Shown one piece after another: positions 10,136-22,379 of a stretch of DNA of 64,000 nt. The stretch covers positions 32,001 to 96,000 of the forward strand of contig CAWCPV010000014.1 in assembly GCA_963797555.1 (NCBI GenBank), written 5' to 3'. Positions within the stretch are counted from its first letter, which is position 1; each line of letters begins with the position of its first letter. The translations under genes were made by a program, and so were the position numbers. Below the pieces are notes generated by a model, which saw only the letters and a list, made by a program, of their open reading frames with translations, ran no database searches and was not told the DNA's origin. This DNA comes from an uncultured Gammaproteobacteria bacterium. Lineage in GTDB: Bacteria; Pseudomonadota; Gammaproteobacteria; CAWCPV01.

Positions 10136-10987
10136 AAACCGGCCCTGGCGTGACAAACGTTTTCATGTTCTGGGGCGGCGAAGCTCGCCATGACCGGTTA
10201 GGCTGACACTCGCCTTGGCTAGGGTAGGGGAGGGCACAAACGCATGCAAGGTCCAACGCCACTAACCCCTCTCTCAAGTCAATCACCCTAACACCTGATT
10301 GTTCAGATTGCTTGTCTGGCGTCTCGCCCCCTCTCCAGCTCTGCCCCTGCCAGGGGGACGGACGGGGTGCGGCGATCGACTTGTCCGCGCCTGCCTCGCA
10401 TTGGCAGGTTATCGCGCTAGCCCGCGAGAATGGTCGCCGGAACAGCCGGGGCTGTCAACCTTTGGTGCGGGGGGCCAGCAGAGCTGGAATAAAGGGGAAT
10501 GCTCAGAAGACGGGATGAGAGACGATGGCGTTTCAAGCCACAGGAGCCTCGCGCCAGGGCGGCGCGGGCCTCCTTACCGTCTGTCCTGCAAGCTCGGCCT
10601 GCGAAAACAGCGGGGTTGCGGATTGACCTCGAGGGATCTGGTTAGGCGGCGGCGAGAAGCCACCATTGGTTCAGCGACCTCTGCGCCGACCGCGAGCCCG
10701 AAAGCCTCTGGCGTGCATGGCACGATAGGAATTGGGAGACGACGCCCAAGGTCCCGCAAGGTCCCGGTGTGGCCTCGCATCCGGGATCCTGGCACCCTGC
10801 CCGAGTCCTGGCGGCGCCCTGTGCGTTCGTGGGGGAAAGCCGCCACGGCTCAGCCCGAGGGTGTCATCCCGCGGACCGCTCGACCAGGCGGCTGGTCCCC
10901 CGCCTGCCCCCCTCTCGGCGTCAGCAGGCTTTCGTCAGCGCCGGTGCTGGGACGGCCGTGGCCGGGCTGTGACGGCGACCGGTGCCC

Positions 10988-12259
10988 TCAGCGGGCGCTG
11001 GTGCCGAGGCTGCGCTCGCTGCGTCCGCCGAAGCTCGCTCGGGGGCGCGCCGCGACGGTTTGGCGATCGCGACGCTGGGTGCCCGTTGCGCTTGGCCTGT
11101 GGGGCTGCGGCGCACGCGCCCGATTGTGCACGGGCTCGAAGCCGCTTAGCACTTGCGTGTGGATGTCGACCTTCACGAGCTTCTTGATCGCGGCGAACTG
11201 CTCGCGCTCCTCGGCGCACACGAGGGAGGTTGCCACCCCGCTGCGCCCGGCGCGGCCGGTCCGCCCGATGCGGTGCACGTAGTCCTCCGGGTTGTGGGGC
11301 AAATCGAAGTTCACCACGTGTGGGAGCTGGTCGATGTCCAGACCACGGGCCGCCACGTCGGTGGCCACCAACGCACGCACAGACTGGCGCTTGAAGTCGG
11401 CAAGCGCTCGGCTGCGCGCTCCTTGGCTCTTATTGCCGTGAATCGCCGTGGCGTCGATTCCGTCCCGCGCGAGCTGCTTGGCCAGCCGGTCGGCCCCGTG
11501 CTTGGTGCGGGTGAAGATGAGCACTTGACGCCAGTCCTGCGAGCCGATGAGGTGGGCGAGGAGTTCCCGCTTGCGTTCGGCATCGACCAGGTAAGCCGAC
11601 TGCCGCACCGCATCGGGTGCGACATTGGGCGGCGCCACGTCGATCACATGGGGCGCCTGGAGCAGCCCATGGGCGAGCTTGCGGATGGGAGCCGAGAAGG
11701 TCGCCGAGAACAGAAGCGTCTGACGCTTGGCCGGCAGCGCTCGGAGGACGCGCTCGATGGCGGGCAGAAAGCCCATGTCAAGCATGCGATCCGCCTCGTC
11801 GAGCACCAGCATCTGCACACTGGAGAGGTCCGCAGTGCGGCGCACGAGATGATCGATCAGCCGCCCGGGTGTGGCTACCAGCACGTCCACGCCCTGACGC
11901 AGTGCGCTGATCTGGGGGTTGATGTTTACGCCGCCGTAGACCTCCGTGCAACGCAGCGGCATATGGCGGCCGTAGCCGCGCACGCTGTCGCTCACCTGGG
12001 CGGCCAGCTCGCGCGTCGGGGCGAGTACGAGCCCCCGCACACGGCGCCTGGCGGGGCTGGCGGTGCTCGTCAAGCTCTGCAGCAGCGGCAGGGTGAACGC
12101 CGCGGTCTTTCCGGTGCCGGTCTGGGCGCTGGCCATCAGGTCGCGGCCGGCAAGAATGGCAGGGATGGCTTGCGACTGCACCGGGGTGGGGGCGTCGTAG
12201 CCGCGCTCCCTGAGGGCGCGTAGCAGCTCGGCGGACAGGCCGAGGGACGGGAAAGTCAT
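10988..12259 (-). CDS. rhlE: DEAD-box ATP-dependent RNA helicase, RhlE family
   Basis: [25 protein letters not shown] and [12 protein letters not shown] motifs. Confidence 0.93.
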   Translation of the reverse strand: MTFPSLGLSAELLRALRERGYDAPTPVQSQAIPAILAGRDLMASAQTGTGKTAAFTLPLLQSLTSTASPARRRVRGLVLAPTRELAAQVSDSVRGYGRHMPLRCTEVYGGVNINPQISALRQGVDVLVATPGRLIDHLVRRTADLSSVQMLVLDEADRMLDMGFLPAIERVLRALPAKRQTLLFSATFSAPIRKLAHGLLQAPHVIDVAPPNVAPDAVRQSAYLVDAERKRELLAHLIGSQDWRQVLIFTRTKHGADRLAKQLARDGIDATAIHGNKSQGARSRALADFKRQSVRALVATDVAARGLDIDQLPHVVNFDLPHNPEDYVHRIGRTGRAGRSGVATSLVCAEEREQFAAIKKLVKVDIHTQVLSGFEPVHNRARAPQPHRPSATGTQRRDRQTVAARPRASFGGRSERSLGTSAR

Positions 12260-12493
12260 GGAATCGCTCCTGTTGCAACTGCCAAGGCGGATACAGTCCT
12301 CGAGGCCCGGGAGTCTGAGGGTCTAAGGGCTATCGAGGAATGGCCTTGGCAGGGAACAGTCCGCGACCGGTTTGCGGGTACCGGCCTGGGAACGCGGAAC
12401 GCGTCTTGCGGGTACACTGGGCGCCTGCTGAGGGGCGCTCTGACAAACTTGGCGCGAAGAATATCACAGAATCGGCCGGATGCCTAAACTTTC

Positions 12494-13820
12494 GGTTCAT
12501 CCGGCAAATGAGTACCTCACAGGGTGGGCTCAGGGTTGCGGGGTCGTCGCCAGGGTGTGGACCCTCTGTCTGGCTTGGAGTCTGGACGGAGGAGGCGACC
12601 ATGGCGACGACGAGTTTTGTGTACCACACGCTGGGGCTTCGTGGCTACCGGCATCTTGCCACGGAGTACCGGGAAGGTCGGGTCTACCATCATGTGGAAC
12701 TCGATCGGCACCGCAAACGGTGTGGAGCCTGTGGAGCGAGGTGGCATGAACTCGTCCACCGTGGCAGCTTCGAGCGTTCGCTTCTCGCCCTTCCGGTTGG
12801 CCGACGCTAGCAGGTGGTGGTGCTGCACGGTCATCGCTTTAGCTGCCAACGCTGCGGATAGGTGGCCCGCGAGCCCATCGAGTTTGCTCGCGGCAAGGCG
12901 AGGCATCTCCAGTCCTTTGCCCGGTATGGGGTGGAGTCTGCCAGCTCGCCCCCATCAAGCATGTAGCGGCTCTGCTCGGGGTGGGCTGGGATTTGGTCAA
13001 GGACCTCTACAAGACCCACCTGCGAACCCGGCTCAAGAAGCGAAAGCTCTCCAAAGTGCTACATCGCCGTCGACGAGTTCGCGTTGCGCAAGGGTCATGT
13101 CTACATGACGGTGGTGCTCGATCTGGGCAGCGGTGCCCTGCTGCATGCCCAGCAGGGCAAGGATGCCTGGGCGCTCATTGGGTTTCTGGAGAAGCTCAAG
13201 CGCTCCCGCGCGCCGCTTGAGGCCATCGCCATCGACCTGTCCGGGGCGTACCTGAGCGCCGTGCGGCGGGTCTTTGGGGAGACGCTCGAACGTCGCGCAC
13301 GATCCCTACCACGTGGTGGCGCTTGCCAATCAGGCCATCGACGAGACCCGCCGAGTTCTCGCCCATACCCTGCAACACGATGACGCCCGGATTCTTGAAG
13401 GGCAGCCGTTTTCTGCTGCTGCGCGGCTTCGAGCACCTCGCCGACGGGGGCCGCGAGGCGCTGCGCGTTCTGATGAAACTCAACCGCCCGCTCTACGAGG
13501 TCTACATTCTGAAAGAGCAGCTTCGGCTGTTCTGGCACTTGCCCAACATGGCTACCGCCGAGACCTTCCTCGAGCACTGGACCGCCCAGGCCAAGGACTG
13601 TGCCAGCCGACCCTTCCGCCGCCTCGCCAAAACGCTCGAGCGTCACCGCCGAGGCCTGCTCGCCTACTTCCGCCACCGCATCTCCACCGGCCCCCTGGAA
13701 GGGCTCAACAACAAGATCAAGGTGCTCAAACGCCAGGCCTACGGCTTTCGGGACATGGAGTACTTCAATCTCCGGCTGATGTTCATCCACGAGGCCGCGT
13801 ACTCATTTGCCGGATGAACC
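12494..13820 (+). mobile_element. ISL3-family insertion sequence (1327 bp), defective
   Basis: Perfect 22-bp terminal inverted repeats GGTTCATCCGGCAAATGAGTAC (12494-12515 and 13799-13820) around an ISL3 transposase; no matching flanking direct repeat. Confidence 0.9.
12601..13817 (+). pseudogene. ISL3 transposase pseudogene
   Basis: Zn-finger CGAC, IAVDEFALRKGH.YMTVV, AIDLSGAY, DPYHVV and STGPLEGLNNKIKVLKRQAYGFRD; in-frame TAG at 12808 plus frameshifts. Confidence 0.88.
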
Positions 13821-13832
13821 AATTATGAGGCG

Positions 13833-14129
13833 GTGCGCTTCAACGCCCTGACACACGGCATCCTGAGCCGTTACACGGTGCTGGCCCATGAGGATGCCGA
13901 CGAATACCGGGCCTTGCTGGCGGCACTGTCGAAGAGCACCAAGCGGCGGGGGCGACCGAAGCGCATTTGGTGTAGGAGCTGGCAGGGATCGTCTGGCGTA
14001 AGCGGCGCGTCATTCCAAGCGGAAGGCGCGGCGATCAATCGCGGGCTGCATTCGGTGGCCACGAGCACCCACGATAACCCTATTCCGGCAGCGGCACCGT
14101 TCGAGCCTGGCCTATCGGGCGACAGATAA
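13833..14129 (+). pseudogene. Fragment of a conserved hypothetical protein next to the ISL3 end
   Basis: RFNALTHGILSRYTVLAHEDADEYRALLAAL resembles the N-terminus of a proteobacterial hypothetical family; frameshifted. Confidence 0.5.
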
Positions 14130-14337
14130 AAAGACCAAGGGGCACCCACCGACGCACCACCCGCCTCTCCACGCGTCGCGCCAGCCGTGATGAAGTGGAC
14201 CTTGCGGGCGTCAGGGCTATATTACATTGTAAGCTTGTCTTTGACTGCGACGATATCGCAGGCATGGTGCCAGCCGCTGGAGGGCAGATAAAACGGTCGG
14301 TCGTTATCTCTGCGCTGATTGGCAAAGTAAAAAGAGC

Positions 14338-15507
14338 ATGGATGAGTTCTTTCGGACCGAAGGCTGGAGTAGCCACGAGGGTGTAAGTCACGTCGCGATC
14401 TCCGGACCCGTTGACGGCGTGGTCGCTGATCTGCCGGAGAGAATGGTCGTGTTCTGGTGGAGTGACCGCCCGGTGGGCCATTCGATCCTCAGATGCGGAG
14501 CTCCGGCATCGCCTGCGTGCATCGATGCGGGCTTGCTCGAGAGAATCGCGGCCGAGGAACGGACCAAACAAGCGCCTGTACTCTCGGCGAGCGTCGTGAT
14601 CTGCACCCGGGACCGCCCCGGGGAACTGCAGCGGTGTTTGTCATCACTGCCGGGGCAGACCTATCCGCCCCGCGAGGTCATCGTCGTCGACAACGCATCG
14701 CGGGACCAGCGTACCCGGGAGGTCGCACAAGCCGCTGGGGCGATCTACCTTCGGGAAGACCGCCCCGGGCTTGATATGGCCCGCAACAAGGGCGCGCGCC
14801 GCGCCACGTCTGATATTGTGGCCTACATGGATGACGACGTGATGCTCCATCGGCGGTGGCTAGAGTGTCTGGTTGGGGCCTTCGATCATCCGAAGGTCAT
14901 GGCGGCGACCGGACTCGTACTGCCCGGAGAGCTGGCGACCGAGGCCCAGCGTCATTTCGAAACCTTCTGGGGCTTCGGGCGGGGATATCATCGCCAAGAT
15001 TTCGACGCCACATCCTTCGCCGCCCATAGAAACGGCGTCTTCCCCGCCTGGAACCTGGGTGCGGGGGCTAGTATGGCCTTCCGGCGCGAGCTATTCGATC
15101 GGATCGGTTTCTTCGATGAGCGCCTGGACATCGGCCAGGCAGGATGTTCGGGTGATTCCGAGTTCTGGTATCGGCTGCTCGCCAAGGGCTATTGCTGCCG
15201 ATACGAACCGAGCTCCGTGGCCTTTCACTTCCATCGGCGAACCGTCGAAGGTCTGTCCAGCCAGATCTTCTATTACATGCGAGGCCATGCTGCGGCGTTG
15301 CTCGTGCAACACGAGCGCACCGGTATCGCCGCCAACCTCACCGAGGCCTTCTACCGAAAGCCGCGCTGGTACGGCGGCCGGTTATGGGCTCGGCTTCGCG
15401 GTGCAAAATCACCTAAGGATCGCTTTCTGAAGGAAGAAATCTTGGGCTACCTGGCCGGCCTCCTTTTCTATTATCGGAACAGGCGCAGAGGCCATGAGCC
15501 CCTGTAA
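14338..15507 (+). CDS. Family 2 glycosyltransferase
   Basis: SVVICTRDRP, VIVVDNAS, ARNKG, YMDDD, GAGASMAFRR, GCSGDSEF; start uncertain. Confidence 0.88.
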   Translation: MDEFFRTEGWSSHEGVSHVAISGPVDGVVADLPERMVVFWWSDRPVGHSILRCGAPASPACIDAGLLERIAAEERTKQAPVLSASVVICTRDRPGELQRCLSSLPGQTYPPREVIVVDNASRDQRTREVAQAAGAIYLREDRPGLDMARNKGARRATSDIVAYMDDDVMLHRRWLECLVGAFDHPKVMAATGLVLPGELATEAQRHFETFWGFGRGYHRQDFDATSFAAHRNGVFPAWNLGAGASMAFRRELFDRIGFFDERLDIGQAGCSGDSEFWYRLLAKGYCCRYEPSSVAFHFHRRTVEGLSSQIFYYMRGHAAALLVQHERTGIAANLTEAFYRKPRWYGGRLWARLRGAKSPKDRFLKEEILGYLAGLLFYYRNRRRGHEPL

Positions 15508-18500
15508 TCATCCCCGAACCTCCGTGGTCATACCGGCAAGGAATGCCGGCAAGACCCTCACCGAGACCCTGGACAGCCTGCTCGCCCAGAGCGATCCCGA
15601 CTGGGAGGCGCTGATCATCGATGACGGCTCCACCGACGAAACGGGGGATCTCATCAAGTCTTACACGAGGCGGGATGAACGGTTCGTCGGCCTTCAGGGA
15701 CAAGGCAGGGGGGCCTCGGCCGCGCGTAACATCGGCCTCTCCCGGGCAGTCGGGCGCCGGGTCCTTTTTCTGGACAGCGACGACTGGATCGACGATCGCT
15801 TCCTCGAGCTCATGAACAGGGCACTGGACGCCGCACCAGACGCCGTGGCCGCCTATTGCGGTTATCGCCGCGTCATGCCGGATGGCCGGCAGACTCCAGC
15901 GTGCAGCGATGCGCGAATCGCGGGGGCGCCCTTTGAGACATTCGCCCGGTCTTGCGCCGCGGCGATCCACGCCGTGCTGGTAGAATGCAAAATTCTGCGT
16001 CGCGTCGGCGGCTTCGATACGACTCTGCGGACTTGTGAGGACTGGGATCTGTGGCAGCGCGTGGCCCGCATCGGCGGGCCTTGGGTACACGTCGACGCCC
16101 CGCTTAGCTATTACAGGACGAGCGAGCATTCGCTGTCGGGAGACATCGACCAGATGTTAGCCGATGCGGCGATTGTGATCGGGCGGGGCTTCTCGGCGGA
16201 CGACCGCCTATCCGGGGCCAATCCCGCCCATCCGGGCCCCGCCTCCACCACGGGGGGCAGGACGGCCGAGTTCGCCTACGCCTATTTCGCGCTCTGGTGC
16301 GGAGCCTTCGACTGCGGACGCGGCGGGACTGGCGCCAGCGCGTTCGGGCACCTCGGTGATCTGCCGCCGTCCCCCGATCTTGCGCGCTCGATCGTCGAAG
16401 TGCTGCTCGACGGCGTGACGGCGGGCCTGCGTGCCGTCCCCGCCCAGCTCGCGGCGCGCTGGCCTGAATTCGACCCCCATCTGACGGCATTGGTCGCCGA
16501 GATCGGCGAGATCTGGCAGGACCCGGTGGCCGCGCGCCGCATCCAATACGGATTCGAGCGACTCGTGCTCGATTACGACGACCTTGCCGCGCAGCGTCAT
16601 CTGTCCCTCACCCTCGGCCTGCGCGTGGACCTGCGCGACCCACGACCCATCACGCCGCCATCAGGTGTCGACCGTCTGTATGTCTACCTCTGCGACGGCC
16701 CCAGCGTGCTTGCACTCGCGGATCTCGGGGCGCTCGGCACCATCACGACCCGCGATTGGCTCTCGCTTGCCGTCTCACGCTTGGGCTACCCCGACGTATC
16801 AACGATCGCCGGCGCGTCGCTGCGGGCGGTCGCTGAGATTGCACCAACTGGGGCATGCCCTGCGCGAGGTAGCCCGTAGGCCGCGGTGGGCCCTCACCCG
16901 TCCCGGTTGGCAGCGCCTTCGGGCGACAGCCGCCCGGAAGGGATTCTTCAGCGCCGCAGGCCCCTCCCGACCAGCGCAGAGCCATGTGGAGCATCTCTAT
17001 CGTCTCCAGATGGAGGCAGACACATCCGCCAAGCGGCTGCTTTCCAGTTGGCAGCCGCCTGTGACAGAGGCGCCCAGGAAAACACGGCAGCGGCGCTATG
17101 GCGATCGCCGCACCTTCTTCGAGGATCTGTTCCAGGAGCCGGACCCTTGGAATTATGGCTCTCCTTACGAGCAGGAAAAATACGCGCGTCAGCTCGAGCT
17201 GCTGCCCGACCGCCCCATCGGGAGGGCGTTGGAGCTGGCCTGCGCCGAAGGTCGCTTCACCGAGAAGCTCGCGCCCTGTGTCGAGCAGTTGATCGCAGCC
17301 GACATTTCCAGGGTAGCGCTCGGACGTGCACGCGATCGTTGCCGCGCACTGGGAAACATCGAGTTCCGTCAGCTCGATCTTGCCGTGGATCCCCTGCCCG
17401 GCGACCTCGATCTGATCGTCTGTTCGGAGGTCCTATACTATTTGCACGATGAGGCCGAGCTGGGGCGGGTAGCGCAACGGCTCACGGCCGCCCTGAAGCC
17501 AGGAGGCCACATCCTGACCGCGCACGTCTTCGTGCTCAAGGAGGATCTCTCGCGGAGCGGTTTCGACTGGGAAAACCCCTGGGGCGCCACGACCATTAAG
17601 CGTGTCTTCAGCGCGGTACCCGGCCTCGCGCTCGATCGCTCGGTCTGCACCGAGCTCTATCGCATCGATCGATTTGTGCGTCTCCATGACGGGCAGGCGA
17701 GCGGCGACCCGACGATCGAAACCCTGCCCATCACCGCCGAGGTCGAGCCCCAAGTCGCGCGCCATATCGTGTGGGGCGGCGCTGTGGCGAGGCGTGCGGA
17801 CTTGGCCGCGACAGAGCGGCACGAGCAGGTCCCGGTGCTCTTGTATCATCGAATCGCCGACGATGGGCCGGCGGGGCTGGCACCCTATCGCGTGTCCCCA
17901 GAGATGTTCCGGGTACAGATGACATGGCTGCGCCGGAACGGCTATCATGCGATCGTTTCCGGGGATCTCGCCTGGTTTCTGGCGAACAAGCATCCCTTCG
18001 TGGGCCGACCAGTGCTGATCTCGTTCGACGATGGATTCCAGGATTTCGCCGATCTGGCTTGGCCAATCCTGCGCACCCACGATTTTAAGGCCGAGGTATT
18101 CATCGTAACCGATCTCGTCGGCCAGCGAGCCGAATGGGACCGGCGCATGGGTGAGCCGGCGCCATTGATGGACGCGCCGACGATCGTCAGGCTGGCAGGG
18201 GAGGGGGTGTCGTTCGGGAGCCACCTGGCCAGCCATCGCGGCGCCGACGGGCTGTCCACCCGCGAGCTGGCCGAGGAGCTGACGCGATCTCGGGCGACGC
18301 TCCAGCAATGGCTGGGCCTTCAGGCCGACTCCTTCGCGGCGCCTTTCGGCCTCACCGACGAGCGACTGCGTATCCTCGCGGCGGAATGCGGTTTCCGCAT
18401 CGGTTTCGGCACGGAGCTTGGCGCAGCGCACCTAACCAGCGACCCGCTCAACCTGCCGCGTATTGCGGTCCCAGGTGACTTGACGCTCGAAGGGTTCATC

Positions 18501-18563
18501 AGCCAGATGGAGGCTGCCGATGACCGACGAGCAGCTCGTCAGCGTCGTTATCCCCGCCTATAA
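15494..18563 (+). CDS. GT2 + NodS-like SAM methyltransferase + NodB-like polysaccharide deacetylase; probably one trifunctional gene split by a frameshift near 16830
   Basis: ORF 15494-16879 has GT2 motifs (SVVIPARN, IIDDGSTD, FLDSDD, CEDWDLW); overlapping ORF 16584-18563 has DPWNY..YEQEKY, ALELACAEGRFT, SEVLYY, then VPVLLYHRI, ISFDDG, FGSH..SH. Confidence 0.8.
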
Positions 18564-19584
18564 CGCCGCCGCCACTCTGGACGAGACGCTGCGTAGCGTC
18601 CGATCGCAGACGCACCATGCGCTCGAGATCATCGTCGTCGACGATGGATCCACCGACCATACCCGCGCAATCGCGGAGCGGCATGCAGCAGCCGACGACC
18701 GTGTTCAGGTTGTCACCCAAGAAAATGCCGGTCTCGCCGTGGCCCGCAATGAGGGTTGGCACCGCGCGCAATCCGACCTGATCGCCTTCGTGGATGCCGA
18801 CGACCTGTGGGCGCCTGCAAAGATCGAGCGGCAGCTCCAGGCCTTGCAGGTAGGAGGAGAGGAGGTCGGACTGGTTTATTGCTGGTTTGTACGGATCGAT
18901 AGCCAGGGCCTGGTTACCGGCCTTTGCGGGGGAAGCCGGTGGGAAGGCGACGTGCTCGATCGGATCTTGGCTGGCAACTTCGTCGGGAACGGAAGCTCGG
19001 CCTTGGTTCATCGAAAAGCACTCATGAGTGCTAACGGGTTCGACAGCCGGCTAAGAGCCGCCGGTGCAGAGGGATGCGAAGACTATCTTCTCTATTGCAG
19101 GATAGCGGAACGCTATCACTACGCGGTCGTACCCGATCATCTGGTTGGGTACCGCTATATGCCCCACAACATGTCCAGCAACCGACGGCGCATGTTGCGC
19201 TCGTGGCTACTAGTAGCGGATGAGATGCTTGGACGTCATTCTGACCATAGTGGCGCGCTGCGCAGCGGCATTCGCAACTACAGCGGCTGGCTCGTCTGCG
19301 ATGCGTTGTCCGCTAACGGCTTTAGGCAGGTCCCGGCCCTGCTGCTGTTGTTGCTCCGCTGGTACCCCACGATAGCGACGAAGGTGTTGCTGAAGGATGT
19401 GCCCCTCACGCTGCTCCGGAAGGCGCGTGACCGGCTACGCGAGCCACGCCGTGAGGACGTGAAGCCGATGACGGGACAAATCGGCCTGCCGTTTCCTGTC
19501 GGCGAGATTGACCAATGGCGTTGCTCGCCGAGGCGAGCCCAGAAGAGCAAGGGTCAGTGGGTGCCCATGCAGGATTCGCCTTGA
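18520..19584 (+). CDS. Family 2 glycosyltransferase
   Basis: VSVVIPAYNA, IVVDDGSTD, FVDADDLW, GCEDY. Confidence 0.92.
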   Translation: MTDEQLVSVVIPAYNAAATLDETLRSVRSQTHHALEIIVVDDGSTDHTRAIAERHAAADDRVQVVTQENAGLAVARNEGWHRAQSDLIAFVDADDLWAPAKIERQLQALQVGGEEVGLVYCWFVRIDSQGLVTGLCGGSRWEGDVLDRILAGNFVGNGSSALVHRKALMSANGFDSRLRAAGAEGCEDYLLYCRIAERYHYAVVPDHLVGYRYMPHNMSSNRRRMLRSWLLVADEMLGRHSDHSGALRSGIRNYSGWLVCDALSANGFRQVPALLLLLLRWYPTIATKVLLKDVPLTLLRKARDRLREPRREDVKPMTGQIGLPFPVGEIDQWRCSPRRAQKSKGQWVPMQDSP

Positions 19585-20529
19585 CCGATATCTCCGTCAT
19601 CATCTGCACGCACAATCCTCGCCCGGACTACCTGGGTCGGGTCTTGGATGCGCTCCGTGCCCAAACGCTTCCCAATGGGCGTTGGGAGCTCCTGCTCATC
19701 GACAATGCGAGCGATGACCCATTGGCCAAGACGTGGGACCTGTCTTGGCATCCTCGTGCCAGACACATCCGTGAGGACGAGCTTGGGCTGACGTTGGCAC
19801 GTCTGCGCGGGATCCGAGAAGCATGCGGTGACACCCTCGTGTACGCCGACGATGACAACCTGCTCGCCTCAGATTATCTGCAAACGGCCGATGCCTTGTT
19901 GAGGGAGCATCCCCATCTGGGTGTCGTCGGCGCCGGGATTCTGGAACCCGAGTTTGCGGTGCAGCCTTCGCCCGAATTGCTTCCCCACTTGGGGTATCTC
20001 GCGTTGCGGCGCCTGTCGGAGGCGCGCTGGAGCAACAACACAAGCGACCTGTCATGCGTGCCGTGGGGGGCCGGACTATGCGTCACGCGACGCGTGGCCC
20101 AGTCGTATGCGCAGCTCTTGCAACAGCTCGGTATCAACGATCTCCTCGACCGTCGAGGCGAGCGATGTTTCGGCAACGGAGAACGTCGCCTTTTCCTGGA
20201 GCGCGGTATTGTTGGGCCAGGGCTTCGGTGTCTTTCCAAGTCTGCGGGTCGTTCATCTGATTCGGGCGGAGAGACTGACCCAGCGCTACTTTCTCGCGCT
20301 GGTTCATGACAGCAGCTACTCTGGCGGAGTCTGCGGCTACTTGTGGACGGGAACAATGCCTGGTGGTGACATGAGCCGTGGCGAGCAATACTCGCGTCTA
20401 TGCCTGCGCCGTATCCGCAGAGGGCCATTCGCCATGCGCCTGCAATGGGCGGCCCTTCGCGGGGCGGATCGAGCCAAGGCATTCATCAGCGCGCGGCGTT
20501 TGCAGCCCTTGGCTCACCGGCATCTTTAG
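19581..20529 (+). CDS. Family 2 glycosyltransferase, frameshifted near 20180
   Basis: ISVIICTHNPR, LIDNAS, YADDDN, PWGAGLCV; continues in another frame as ...FPSLRVVHLIRAERLTQRYF. Confidence 0.8.
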
Positions 20530-22379
20530 TGTCAGTGAGCGACCAAGGGACGGCCACGGAGGAACCTGTGGCTTCGGGGCAAGCTCGGCGCGCCGCCTTC
20601 GATCACCTGTCCCAACTACTCAAGATCGCCCCGAAGCCGCGTTGGGCGACGCCAGCGCTGATCGTTCTGGGGCTCAGCTCGTCGTTTGCCGAGACAGTCG
20701 GCATCACGCTGATCATCCTCTTTTTCTATTCAGCAACGGGGCAGGTCGACGCCGCCGTGTCCCTAAGCGGCGTTCTCGGTCAGGCGCTGAATTACGTGAG
20801 CGGTTGGTTCGACAACTCCATACAGATGGCTGCCGTGATCCTGCTGCTGATTATCGTCCGTGGGGGGCTGGCCTTTGCCAACAACCTCATCAGCGCCTAC
20901 GTCAGCGAGCTGATCAATGAGAAGGCCAGGAATCAGATCCATGAACAATACCTTACCGTCGCCTACAGCTTCATTCAGCGCCACGAGCAGGCGCAGCTCA
21001 TGGAGGTGCTCGGCACCGAATCCTGGTTCATCTCCAATGCGTACGGTAGCCTGACACGAATTGTCATAAGCGGCTGCTCCATCCTGGTCTTCGCGCTCTT
21101 TCTCTTTGCCCTGTCCTGGCAGATTATGCTGACGGCCATCATCGGATCACTGCTCCTTTCCATGGGGCTGCGTCGTCTTTCCGGACCGGCGCAGGCGCTG
21201 GGCAAACGCGTCAAGCGTGTTCACCAACAGTTGGGCGAGCACATGCTAATGACGCTGGAAGGGTTACGCACGATTCGCGCCTATGGGCAGGAAGAGGTCC
21301 ACCAGCGGCGCTTCAGTCGTTCTTCCGCCGAGGCTCGCCAGACGTCCATTGCGCTCACGCGTCTCTCGTCGTTGCTCAATCCTCTGACAGAGGTCGGCTA
21401 TCTAGGCATCTTATGCGTGATTATTGCGGCTTCCCAAATTTGGAACACGAGCTTCGCGACTACCCTGGCGGCCGTCGCGTTACTGTACCGGTTGCAGCCC
21501 TATACCAGGGAGTTGGAAAGCAATCTGCTCTATATGGCCCAAATCGAGCCGCAGTTGCGCTCCGTGCGTATGATGATGCAGAAAGAGGACAAGGAGTATC
21601 CCGCGCCTGGATATCAACCCATCCGTTCCCTGCAAAAGGGTATCCGCTTCGATCATGTCACTTTCCAGTATCAGCCCGGAGCCGAGCCGGCCCTGAAGGA
21701 TGTGACGTTTGAGATTCCCGCCGGCGTCACAACGGCATTGGTAGGGGCCAGCGGCGCCGGCAAGACGACGGTCATCAACTTGCTCCTGCGCCTGTACCAA
21801 CCGTCTTCCGGTACGATCTGGGTCGATGACATGCCGTTGGAGGAGGTGCGGCGAACCGACTGGCTCAGGCTGTTAGGGGTTGCTGGCCAAGACGTTGACC
21901 TGATCGAGGGGACCGTGATCGACAATCTCCGGATGGCCGACAACAAGGCCACGGACGATGAAGTCCTCGCGGCATCGCGGATCGCGGGCGTTTCTGAATT
22001 CATCGAGCCGCTCCCAGAGGGCTATGGCACTTGGATCGGCCAGCAGGGACTGCGCTTTTCCGGCGGTCAGCGGCAGCGAATAGGCCTGGCCCGGGCCATC
22101 CTGCGCAATCCAGAATTCATGATGCTCGATGAGGCCATGAACTCCCTTGATCGCGGACTGGAGGGCCGGATCAGGCGCGCGATCGACGATCGATTTGCTG
22201 GGCGCACGATCCTAATCATCACCCATCGGCTCGAGACCGTGCTCAACGCCGACAATATCGTACGACTCGATGATGGAATGGTCCTGGCCGCCCAGGTAGG
22301 CGCCAAGGGGAATCCAATTAATCCGCTCCAGGCAGAGCGGCACGAATCAGCGGTGTTGGATCGACCGAAAGAGATTTAA
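20529..22379 (+). CDS. ABC exporter, fused permease/ATPase
   Basis: N-terminal TM helices; Walker A GASGAGKT; signature FSGGQRQR; MLDEA; ITHRL. Confidence 0.92.
   Translation: MSVSDQGTATEEPVASGQARRAAFDHLSQLLKIAPKPRWATPALIVLGLSSSFAETVGITLIILFFYSATGQVDAAVSLSGVLGQALNYVSGWFDNSIQMAAVILLLIIVRGGLAFANNLISAYVSELINEKARNQIHEQYLTVAYSFIQRHEQAQLMEVLGTESWFISNAYGSLTRIVISGCSILVFALFLFALSWQIMLTAIIGSLLLSMGLRRLSGPAQALGKRVKRVHQQLGEHMLMTLEGLRTIRAYGQEEVHQRRFSRSSAEARQTSIALTRLSSLLNPLTEVGYLGILCVIIAASQIWNTSFATTLAAVALLYRLQPYTRELESNLLYMAQIEPQLRSVRMMMQKEDKEYPAPGYQPIRSLQKGIRFDHVTFQYQPGAEPALKDVTFEIPAGVTTALVGASGAGKTTVINLLLRLYQPSSGTIWVDDMPLEEVRRTDWLRLLGVAGQDVDLIEGTVIDNLRMADNKATDDEVLAASRIAGVSEFIEPLPEGYGTWIGQQGLRFSGGQRQRIGLARAILRNPEFMMLDEAMNSLDRGLEGRIRRAIDDRFAGRTILIITHRLETVLNADNIVRLDDGMVLAAQVGAKGNPINPLQAERHESAVLDRPKEI

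Noticed and set aside
9945-10987. ORFs or a specific promoter call between nuoA and rhlE
   Set aside because: No convincing coding signal, and no regulator box could be assigned with confidence
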